The translations under genes were made by a program, and so were the position numbers. The notes under the pieces are model-generated. The model did no database searches and was not told the DNA's origin. It saw only the letters and a program-made list of their open reading frames with translations. Below, piece after piece: positions 9,917 through 17,307 of a DNA stretch of 32,000 nucleotides; position 1 is the first letter of the stretch; every line of letters begins with the position of its first letter. Origin of the DNA: Kineococcus radiotolerans SRS30216 = ATCC BAA-149 (GTDB taxonomy: Bacteria; Actinomycetota; Actinomycetes; Actinomycetales; Kineococcaceae); assembly GCF_000017305.1 (NCBI RefSeq), contig NC_009664.2, positions 2,940,001-2,972,000 on the forward strand, given 5' to 3'.

Positions 9917-12202
9917 GTGGACCTGGGACCGCGGCCCGGCGCGGGGGCCGGGCGGCGCCACGGGTGGCTGGGGTGGGTGCTGGTGGCCGCGCTGGCCGGC
10001 GCGGGCTACCTGGCCCCCCTGTCCGACGCCGCCCGCAGCGCCCTGTTCGGCGGCCTCGGCGCGGTCGTCGTCGCCCTGTGCGCCGTGGTGGTCCGCCGCC
10101 GCCGCCCGACGCCCCCCTGGAGCTGGTCGCTCGTCCCCGCCTTCACCGCGCTGTTCCTCCTCGGGGCGGTGTGCCGGCCGTGGGCCGACGGCCGCCCGGG
10201 CCCCACCGCCTTCGTGCCCGACGTCTTCAGCGTCGCCGGCTACCTCGTCCTGGTCCTCGCCCTGGGCCGGATGGCGCGGGCCTCCGGCGGCCTGCGGCGG
10301 GAGGTGGTGTTCGACGCACTCGTCGCCAGCCTCGCCGGGGCGGGCGCGGCGGTGCAGTTCCTCGTCCTGCCGGTGCTGGAGGTGCCGGGGCGGTCCCTCC
10401 CCAGCTCCGTCCTGGCCGGGGTGTACCCGCTGCTCGACGTCGTGATCGTCGTCCTGGTGCTCGACCTCCTCCTGACCGCCCCCGCCGTCGTCGGCCACCG
10501 GTGGCTGGGCGCCGCCGTCGGGTGCCTGCTCGTGGGCGACCTCGGCTACGCCGTGCTGGGCCGGCAGGGGATCTTCGTCGCCCCCACCCGCTACGACGCA
10601 CCGTTCGTCCTGGCCTACGTGCTGCTGGCCGTCGCGGTGCTGCACGCGCCGCGCCGCGGCGAGCTCACGCCGCGGGGCCCCTCCGTCGACGCCTGGTCGC
10701 CCGCCCGCCTCGTGGCGCTGTGCCTCTCCCTCGTCGGCGGGGCCTACCTGGCCAGCACCCGCACCGACCAGGGCCTCGCGGAGCAGGTCGTCGCGTTCGC
10801 GGTGCTCTGCCTCGCGATCGGGCTCGTCCTCGCCCGGGCGGTGTCGGCCGTGAACGGGCACGCCGCGGCCAAGGTCGTCCTCGAGCACCGGGCCACCCAC
10901 GACGCCCTCACCGACCTGCTGGGGCGCGACGAGTTCACCCGGCGCGTCGAGGAGGACCTCACCGCCTCCCGCGGCCCCGGCGGGCCGGGCGTGCACCTGC
11001 TCTTCGTCGACCTCGACGGCTTCAAGCGCGTCAACGACACCCACGGCCACGGCGCCGGCGACGAGCTCCTCTGCGAGGTCGCCGCCCGCCTGCGGGCCCT
11101 GGCCCCGCCGCACGCGGTGATCGGCCGCCTCGCCGGCGACGAGTTCGTCGTCGCCGCGACCGGCGGGGTCGACACCGCCGTCGGGCTGGCCCGGGACCTG
11201 CTCGACGGCCTGCGCACCCCGGTGCCGCTACCCGTCGGGGAGGTCGTCGTCTCCGCCTCCCTCGGGATCGCGGAGGTGACGACCTCGCTGGCGGTCGCCC
11301 TGCGCGAGGCCGACGCCGCGATGTACCGGGCGAAGTCGCGCGGGCGCAACCAGTTCGTCGTCTGGGACGCGGCGATGCGCGAGGAGATCGGCGACCAGGT
11401 CGAGTTCGAGCTGGACCTGCGCAGCGCGGTCGCGGAACAGGCCCTGGAGGTCCACTACCAGGCCGTCGTCGCCGTGGCCGACGGCACCCCGCGCGGCGTG
11501 GAGGCGCTGCTGCGCTGGATCCACCCCCTGCACGGACCCGTCTCCCCGGTCGAGTTCGTCCCGGTCCTGGAGGAGACGGGTCTCGTCGTCGACGTCGGCC
11601 GCTGGGTGCTCGACACCGCGCTGGCCGACCTGAGCGCGTGGCGGCGCGACGGGGTCGTCGGCGACGACTTCGTCCTCTCCGTCAACGTCTCCCCGCGGCA
11701 GCTGCTCGACCCCTACTTCGCCGAGACGGTCCGCGAGCGGCTGCAGGCCCACGGGGTCGAGGGGAGGTCGCTGCTGCTGGAGATCACCGAGTCCTCCCTG
11801 CTGGAGCACGACGAGCGGACGCTGCGCCTGCTGGAGAGCCTGCGGTCCCTGGGGGCCGGTCTCGCCGTCGACGACTTCGGCACCGGGTACTCCTCCCTCA
11901 GCTACCTGCGCAGCTTCCCCGTCACCCGGGTGAAGGTCGACCGCAGCTTCGTCGCCGGGGTCAACCACCACGTCGGTGACGAGGCGGTGGTGCGCGCCGT
12001 CGTCGCCGTCAGCGAGGCCCTGGCGCTCGCGGTGACCGCCGAGGGGGTCGAGACGGAGGACCAGCGCCGCACCCTGCAGGAGCTGAGCGTCGCCCACGGG
12101 CAGGGGTGGCTGTGGCACCGGGCGCAGCCGGCCGGCGAGACGGCGGCGTACCTGCGGGCCGGCCGCGCGGCGCTGGGCCGGCTGCCCGTCAGGCCCGACT
12201 GA
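9917..12202 (+). CDS. membrane-anchored GGDEF-EAL protein (c-di-GMP turnover); degenerate GGDEF (AGDEF) and intact EAL
   Basis: GTG 9917 with GGGAG at 9907..9911. About nine to ten N-terminal hydrophobic segments. GGDEF domain (DALTDL...FKRVNDTHGHGAGDE...RLAGDEFVV). EAL domain (GVEALLRW, NVSPRQL, LEITE, DDFGTGYSSL, KVDRSF, EGVET, QGWLW). Start is approximate. Confidence 0.85.
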   Translation: MDLGPRPGAGAGRRHGWLGWVLVAALAGAGYLAPLSDAARSALFGGLGAVVVALCAVVVRRRRPTPPWSWSLVPAFTALFLLGAVCRPWADGRPGPTAFVPDVFSVAGYLVLVLALGRMARASGGLRREVVFDALVASLAGAGAAVQFLVLPVLEVPGRSLPSSVLAGVYPLLDVVIVVLVLDLLLTAPAVVGHRWLGAAVGCLLVGDLGYAVLGRQGIFVAPTRYDAPFVLAYVLLAVAVLHAPRRGELTPRGPSVDAWSPARLVALCLSLVGGAYLASTRTDQGLAEQVVAFAVLCLAIGLVLARAVSAVNGHAAAKVVLEHRATHDALTDLLGRDEFTRRVEEDLTASRGPGGPGVHLLFVDLDGFKRVNDTHGHGAGDELLCEVAARLRALAPPHAVIGRLAGDEFVVAATGGVDTAVGLARDLLDGLRTPVPLPVGEVVVSASLGIAEVTTSLAVALREADAAMYRAKSRGRNQFVVWDAAMREEIGDQVEFELDLRSAVAEQALEVHYQAVVAVADGTPRGVEALLRWIHPLHGPVSPVEFVPVLEETGLVVDVGRWVLDTALADLSAWRRDGVVGDDFVLSVNVSPRQLLDPYFAETVRERLQAHGVEGRSLLLEITESSLLEHDERTLRLLESLRSLGAGLAVDDFGTGYSSLSYLRSFPVTRVKVDRSFVAGVNHHVGDEAVVRAVVAVSEALALAVTAEGVETEDQRRTLQELSVAHGQGWLWHRAQPAGETAAYLRAGRAALGRLPVRPD

Positions 12203-12755
12203 AGTCGTAGGCCCAGTACGTCTGCACGTCGAGGCGCTCGCCCTCGGCCTCGTGGCCGAGGGAGTCCACGATGCGCCCGATCAGCTGGGGCAGCGCCAGC
12301 GCCTCCTCGTTGTAGCGGCAGATGTCCAGGCTGGCGATGCCGCCCCGCTCGTGGACGACGCGGCACACGGCCTCGACCAGCGTCACGAACACCCCGCTGC
12401 TGCGGTACGAGGGGTGCACCCCGACGCAGCCGATGTAGTAGATGGAGCGCTCGGCGAACTGGCGCGGCCAGCGGTGGCGGTAGTAGTCCTCGGAGAGCAG
12501 GTCGACGGCCGAGAGGTCGTCGGTGAGGGTGGCGAAGGAGCAGATGGCCTCGCCCCGGTCCAGGTCGCGCGTCACGTACTTGGTCCAGCGCTCGTCGGTG
12601 CAGACGTCCTCGAACTCCTCGCGGGTCATGAAGTGCTGCTGCACGGCGCGGGTCGCCAGCCCCGAGAAGGCGAGCTCGTAGGTCCTCCACGCCTGCTCGA
12701 GGTCGTCGCCGAGGAGGCGGGTGCTCGACTCGAGGGCGGTCCGGGCGCGGGCCAT
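12189..12755 (-). CDS. hypothetical protein, possible GNAT-fold acyltransferase
   Basis: ATG at 12755 (minus strand), with AGGAGG seven nt upstream (complement of 12763..12768). 188 aa with almost every codon ending in G/C. YYIGCVGVHPSYRSSGVFVTL resembles GNAT motif A; no other motif recognised. The upstream part of track ORF 12189..13238 is Arg/Pro junk. Confidence 0.6.
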   Translation of the reverse strand: MARARTALESSTRLLGDDLEQAWRTYELAFSGLATRAVQQHFMTREEFEDVCTDERWTKYVTRDLDRGEAICSFATLTDDLSAVDLLSEDYYRHRWPRQFAERSIYYIGCVGVHPSYRSSGVFVTLVEAVCRVVHERGGIASLDICRYNEEALALPQLIGRIVDSLGHEAEGERLDVQTYWAYDFSRA

Positions 12756-12768
12756 CTGGGTTCCTCCT

Positions 12769-12790
12769 GATCCGGGTGCTGCCCCGGATC
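12769..12790 (-). promoter_or_regulatory. 8-bp inverted repeat abutting the SD of the 12189..12755 gene
   Basis: GATCCGGG (12769..12776) and CCCGGATC (12783..12790) with a 6-nt loop. On the minus-strand mRNA the hairpin ends directly at AGGAGG. Confidence 0.3.
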
Positions 12791-12874
12791 CTCGCAGGCG
12801 GGGCCGGCGCTCTTGATCGCGAGTGGTCCCCGCCAGCCTTCCGGAACGGGGGCGGGGTGGGTATCGTCGCCCGC

Positions 12875-13171
12875 GTGGGTGACCGGGGGGTGCTGACGGC
12901 GCGGGTGTCGACCGCGCTGCTGCTGCCCCTGCTCGCCTCGGTCGTGCTGCTGGGCCAGCAGCCGCTGCTGGCCGCGGCGCTGCTCGTCGCCACCACCGTC
13001 GTGACCGGCCTCGTCGCGGTGCGCGGGGTCGTCGCGCAGCTCCTCGCGGCCGTCTCGCCGTCCCGGCCCCGGGCCCGGCTGGAACCCGCGGACACGTTGC
13101 CCCAGAACGAACCTGCTGCGGTGGGGAACCCGCAGCCGAGGGCACCGGGAGCGCAGCCGCTCCCGTGCTGA
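12875..13171 (+). CDS. small membrane protein with a C-terminal R-A-P-G motif; candidate arrest-peptide uORF for the downstream YidC paralog
   Basis: Internal GTG of track ORF 12776..13171 (alternative GTG at 12857). TATCGT at 12862..12867 lies seven nt before GTG 12875, a possible leaderless -10. Third codon positions are almost all G/C. Hydrophobic residues ~13-49 (STALLLPLLASVVLLG...LLAAALLVATTVVTGLVAV). Pro-rich tail NPQPRAPGAQPLPC, with RAPG at 13139..13150. Confidence 0.45.
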   Translation: MGDRGVLTARVSTALLLPLLASVVLLGQQPLLAAALLVATTVVTGLVAVRGVVAQLLAAVSPSRPRARLEPADTLPQNEPAAVGNPQPRAPGAQPLPC

Positions 13172-13191
13172 GCTGACGCGCGCACGGGAGC
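13159..13191 (+). promoter_or_regulatory. perfect 10-bp hairpin straddling the stop codon of the small ORF, upstream of the YidC paralog
   Basis: GCTCCCGTGC (13159..13168) pairs with GCACGGGAGC (13182..13191); the 13-nt loop contains TGA 13169..13171. A competing 7-bp pairing exists between ACGGGAG (13184..13190) and CTCCCGT (13198..13204). Confidence 0.4.
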
Positions 13192-13227
13192 CGTCGCCTC
13201 CCGTCCCCGCGATCCCCGGAGTTCCCC

Positions 13228-13929
13228 GTGCTCGACACCCCGCTGGAAACCCTGCACGCCCCGTTGCGCCCGGTCGAGGAGGCCGTGGCTCAGGTCCTCG
13301 TCCACCTGCACGACGTCGGCGCCCCCTGGCCGCTGGCGGTCCTCGGCCTCGTCGTCCTCGCCCGCACCCTGCTGCTGCCGCTGTTCGTCGCCCAGCAGCG
13401 CGCCGTCCTCCGCGCGGCCGCACTCCGCCCGCGGGTCCTCGCCGTTCAGGACCGCTACCGCGGCCGGACCGACCCCGCGTCCCGCCGGGCGCTGCAGCAG
13501 GAGGTGGCCGCCCTGCACCGGCAGGCTGGGGTGAACCCCCTCGGCGGGTGCCTGCCCGGTCTGCTGCAGGCCCCGGTCTTCCTGGCCCTCACCCTGACCC
13601 TGCAGTCCGGCGACACCCTGACCGCGTTCGGGTCCGCGACCCTCGCCGGGGCACCCCTGTCGGGGGTGCTCACCCACGCCCCGGGACCGGCGACGCTGCT
13701 CGTGGGCATCCTCCTGCTGCTGCTGACCGCCGCGACGCAGGTGGTCACGGTGCGCGCGGGAACCAGCGGGGTGCCCGCGCCGACGGCACTGCTGGTGGTG
13801 CTGCCCGCCCTCGTGGTCGTCCCCGCCGTGCACTTCCCGATCGGCGTCCTCCTGTACTGGGCGGCGTCGGGGGTGTGGTCGGCGGGCCAGCAGCTGGTCG
13901 CCCGCTGGGTCGTGCTCAGGCGGCGCTGA
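13228..13929 (+). CDS. YidC/Oxa1-family membrane protein insertase (short paralog)
   Basis: GTG 13228 with GGAG at 13218..13221. The segment LLLPLFVAQQRA...LRPRVLAVQDRY...LQQEVAALHRQAGVNPLGGCLPGLLQAPVFLAL matches the conserved YidC core (KQ..., NP-x-x-GCLP-x-L-x-Q-x-P). 233 aa. Confidence 0.8.
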   Translation: MLDTPLETLHAPLRPVEEAVAQVLVHLHDVGAPWPLAVLGLVVLARTLLLPLFVAQQRAVLRAAALRPRVLAVQDRYRGRTDPASRRALQQEVAALHRQAGVNPLGGCLPGLLQAPVFLALTLTLQSGDTLTAFGSATLAGAPLSGVLTHAPGPATLLVGILLLLLTAATQVVTVRAGTSGVPAPTALLVVLPALVVVPAVHFPIGVLLYWAASGVWSAGQQLVARWVVLRRR

Positions 13930-14893
13930 CCGCCGCGGCCGGGGCGCCGCTCGGCGGGGTCCCGCCCCCGCCCGGACCGCCCCCGGGGTGCCCGGAGCTG
14001 TCCGAGCCCATCCCGGCCATGGTGCCGGCGGTGGGTTCGGTGGTGGTGTCGACCCCGACGGTGAGGGCGATCGCGTAGCCGTTCGTCACGTCCCCGCTGG
14101 ACGTCGGGGTCTGGCTCGCCCCGCCGTCGTCGCCGAAGACGTTGTCGGTCGCCAGCGTGACCCGGGCGAGGTTCGTCACCGACTGCTCGTACCCGGTCGT
14201 GGCGTACACGGCCTCGCACGCCTCCTGCGGCAACGCCACCTGGGAGGTCGCGATGCAGTTCGCGACGTCGGTGATGCTCTCGGCGTCGGGGTAGACCTCG
14301 AAGTGGACGTGCGGCCAGCGCCCGTCGTAGCAGGCGGGGAAGACGCTGGTGAAGGTGACGTTCCCGTCGGCGTCGGCGACCTGCACCCCGCGCAGGTAGT
14401 TCTCGTCCGCGATGTCCTCGGAGTAGAGGGAGTACTCCCCGTCGCGGTCGCAGTGCCACACGTAGACGGCGACCCCTTCGAAGGGGACGTTCCCGCCCGC
14501 GAGGTCGACGACGGTCAGGGTGAGGGTCATCGGGACGCCCTCGGCGGTGGTGGTGCTGGTCCCGAAGCTGGAGCGGATGTCGCTGCGCACGACCCCGCTC
14601 CGCTCCAGGACGTCGACGCCGTTGGAGCCGTCGCCGGGGTAGGGGCCGGCGGTCTCGTCGGGGATCTCGGTGAGGGCGCCGGAGGTGGGGGCCGACGAGC
14701 TCGTGCTGCTGGAGGCGGTCGCGTCGTCGCCGCAGGCCGCCAGGGTCAGCCCGGCGGCGCCGAGGCCGAGCAGGCCGAGGGCGCGGCGGCGGGTCGCCAC
14801 GGTCGCGAGGTCGAACGCGAGACCCTGGTCGTCGACGTCCTCGGCGGGGCGGGGCAGGGGGCGACCCTCGTAGCTGGGGCGGTGGTTCGTCAT
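13916..14893 (-). CDS. intradiol ring-cleavage dioxygenase-like protein, predicted Tat-exported lipoprotein
   Basis: Twin-arginine n-region (ATRRRALGLLGLGAAG) followed by lipobox L-A-A-C. Dioxygenase core (VYVWHCDRDGEYS, GRWPHVHFEV). Gly/Pro-rich C-terminal tail. Confidence 0.75.
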   Translation of the reverse strand: MTNHRPSYEGRPLPRPAEDVDDQGLAFDLATVATRRRALGLLGLGAAGLTLAACGDDATASSSTSSSAPTSGALTEIPDETAGPYPGDGSNGVDVLERSGVVRSDIRSSFGTSTTTAEGVPMTLTLTVVDLAGGNVPFEGVAVYVWHCDRDGEYSLYSEDIADENYLRGVQVADADGNVTFTSVFPACYDGRWPHVHFEVYPDAESITDVANCIATSQVALPQEACEAVYATTGYEQSVTNLARVTLATDNVFGDDGGASQTPTSSGDVTNGYAIALTVGVDTTTEPTAGTMAGMGSDSSGHPGGGPGGGGTPPSGAPAAAVSAA

Positions 14894-14915
14894 GGCCCCA
14901 CCGTCGGTGGCCCGG

Positions 14916-16313
14916 TCAGGAGACGGCGGTGTCCCGCCGGTGCGTTCCCTGTGAGACGCGGCGGGCGGTGAGCAGGGCCAGCACGGCCAGACCCGCGCAC
15001 AGCGGCAGCGTCCCGGCGAACCCCGCCCACGCCGACACCGCCCCCAGCGCGCCGAAGGCCAGCCCGGTGAGGGCGGTGGCCGTCCCCCCGCCGGTGGCGT
15101 CCGAGATCGTCAGCGCCGCCGAACCGGCGCCCTCGGTGCCCGCGGGGGACTGCTCCAGCACCAGCACCGTGGTGCGGGGGTAGGCCAGGCCCATCCCGGC
15201 CCCCGCGACGAACCACCCCAGGGCGCAGGCGGTCCCGGCCACGACGGCGCCGGGGGAGACCGCCGCCACGACGGCCTGCGCCGCGACCCCGGTCAGCAGC
15301 AGGGCGCTGCCCGTCCGGACGGCGCGCGCGTGCGGGAGGCGGTGCCCCAGCCGACCCTGGACCGCCGCCCCCGAGGCCCACGCGACCGCGGCCGCGGTGA
15401 GCGTCGCCCCGGCCAGCCACAGCTCCAACCCGAAGCGCTCGTGCAGCATCAGCGGCAGGTAGACCTCGGTGCTGAAGAACGCCGCGGCCAGCAGCCCCCG
15501 CAGCGCGACGGTGGCGGGCAGCCCGGGCTGCGCGGTGAGGGAGCCGGGGGGCAGCAGCGGGCGCACGGCGACGACGAGCACGGCGAGCGCCGCCGCCGCG
15601 GCCACCCAGCGCCAGGGCCCCGCCGACCCCGCCGAGCTGAGGACCACGACCGCCCCCGCGACCCCCGCCGCGGCGACGAACCGGCGGCGCGGCGAGGGGC
15701 CGGCGGCGGCCGCGGAGGGCGGGACGCGCAGCAGGGCCGGCAGCACGGCCGCCGAGGCCAGCAGCACCAGCAGCAGCACCCCGGAGAACACCCAGGGCCA
15801 CCCCAGCGCCTGCGCCACCAGCGCGGCGAGGAACGGCCCCACCAGCGAGGGCAGCACCCAGGCGGAGGCGAAGGCCCCGAACACCGCCGGCCGCAGCGCC
15901 GGGGGGAACACCAGCGCCACCACGACGTACAGCGTGACGTTGATCCCGCCCGCCCCCAGGCCCTGCAGGAACCGCGCGGCGACGAAGAACCCCATCGTCG
16001 GGGCGAGGGCGGCGGCCAGCAGGCCGGCGGCGAAGACGGCGATCGCGGCCAGCAGCGGCCGGCCCGGACCGCGGCGGTCGGCCCAGCCGCCGGCGACGAC
16101 CATGCCCAGGACGCTCGCCGCGAGGGTCGCGGCGAACGCCGTCGCGTACTCCCCGCGCCCGCCCAGGTCGGCGCTGACCACGGGCATCACCGTCGTCACC
16201 GCGAGGCTCTCGAACGCGGTGAGGAACACCAGCGCCGTCGTCCCGAGGGTGGTCACGAGGTAGGGGCGGGAGAGGATGCCCGCGCTCGGGGCGGTGGTGG
16301 TGCTGGAGGTCAC
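14916..16313 (-). CDS. MFS transporter
   Basis: 465 aa with about 12-14 hydrophobic segments and typical MFS loops (GGWADRRGPGRP). Lies downstream of LysR on the same strand. Confidence 0.85.
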   Translation of the reverse strand: MTSSTTTAPSAGILSRPYLVTTLGTTALVFLTAFESLAVTTVMPVVSADLGGRGEYATAFAATLAASVLGMVVAGGWADRRGPGRPLLAAIAVFAAGLLAAALAPTMGFFVAARFLQGLGAGGINVTLYVVVALVFPPALRPAVFGAFASAWVLPSLVGPFLAALVAQALGWPWVFSGVLLLVLLASAAVLPALLRVPPSAAAAGPSPRRRFVAAAGVAGAVVVLSSAGSAGPWRWVAAAAALAVLVVAVRPLLPPGSLTAQPGLPATVALRGLLAAAFFSTEVYLPLMLHERFGLELWLAGATLTAAAVAWASGAAVQGRLGHRLPHARAVRTGSALLLTGVAAQAVVAAVSPGAVVAGTACALGWFVAGAGMGLAYPRTTVLVLEQSPAGTEGAGSAALTISDATGGGTATALTGLAFGALGAVSAWAGFAGTLPLCAGLAVLALLTARRVSQGTHRRDTAVS

Positions 16314-16346
16314 GCGGTCACGCTAGGTGCTGCAGCGCGCTTGAGC

Positions 16347-17234
16347 TCAAGCGCCGGCGGCGAGGGTCCGCAGGGCGTCGAGGACGGTGCGGACCCCGCG
16401 GCGGGCCAGGGCCTCCGGGCGCAGCAGCGCGTCCACGCGGCGGTTCACGCCCAGGTCGGCCAGCGGCCGGAGCACGACGCCGGGACCGGGGCGGGTCGTG
16501 CGGGCCGGCAGCAGGGCCACCGCGTCCCCGGTGGCGACGACGGCGGCGGCCACGAAGACCTCGTTGATGCGGTGCACGACGTCCAGCGGCCGCCGGGCCG
16601 CGACCGCGACGACGTCGAGGGCCCCGGCCAGCGGGAACCCCTCGTGGACCGAGACCCAGCGCTCGCCGGCGACGTCGGCGACGGTGAGGCGGTCCCGCCG
16701 CGCCAGCGGGTGGTCCGCGGCCAGCGCCACGTGCAGCGGCTCGGTGAGCAGCGGCACCACCCGCACCCGGTGCGCCGGCCACGGCGCCCCGGCCTCGGGG
16801 CGGTGGGCGATCACGACGTCGTAGTCGGCCACGAGGGCGGGGAAGTCCTGCTGGGCGACGTCCTCGTCCGCGCACCGCAGGGGCGGGGTCCCGTCCAGCT
16901 CGCGCAGCAGCGGCCCGAACCAGGCCAGCGCGGCGGAGTGGAAGGCGCACACGCCCACCGGGGCGTCGGGGGCGTCGAGGTGCTCGCCCACCGCCCGCGC
17001 GGCCCGGTCCAGCGCGGCCGCGACGTCCACGGCGGCCGCCGCCAGCGCCTCGCCCGCGGGGGTCAGGGCGAGGCGCCGGCCGCGCTTCTCGGTCAGCGGG
17101 GTGGGGCAGGTGCGCTGCAGCGCGGCGAGCTGCTGCGACACCGCGGAGGGGGTGACGTGCAGGGCGCGGGCGACGGCGACGAGGCTGCCCCGCTCGGACA
17201 GCTCGCGCAGGATCGTCAGCTGCCGCACGTCCAT
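16347..17234 (-). CDS. LysR-family transcriptional regulator
   Basis: N-terminal HTH MDVRQLTILRELSERGSLVAVARALHVTPSAVSQQLAALQR plus a LysR substrate-binding body. Divergent from the EamA gene. Confidence 0.9.
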   Translation of the reverse strand: MDVRQLTILRELSERGSLVAVARALHVTPSAVSQQLAALQRTCPTPLTEKRGRRLALTPAGEALAAAAVDVAAALDRAARAVGEHLDAPDAPVGVCAFHSAALAWFGPLLRELDGTPPLRCADEDVAQQDFPALVADYDVVIAHRPEAGAPWPAHRVRVVPLLTEPLHVALAADHPLARRDRLTVADVAGERWVSVHEGFPLAGALDVVAVAARRPLDVVHRINEVFVAAAVVATGDAVALLPARTTRPGPGVVLRPLADLGVNRRVDALLRPEALARRGVRTVLDALRTLAAGA

Positions 17235-17307
17235 GAAGCCAGGCTAAACCCCGGTGTGAGGAACCCGGGTCTGGACTGAACCGTCACGGGGGCCGGACGA
17301 TGGCGCG

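Noticed and set aside
12189-13929. Convergent stop-stop overlaps share palindromic ends (TCAGGCCCGACTGA at 12189..12202 and TCAGGCGGCGCTGA at 13916..13929), which could be read as a motif.
   Set aside because: Any convergent overlap of two TGA stops necessarily reads TCA...TGA, and the interiors differ. I found no evidence for a specific element.
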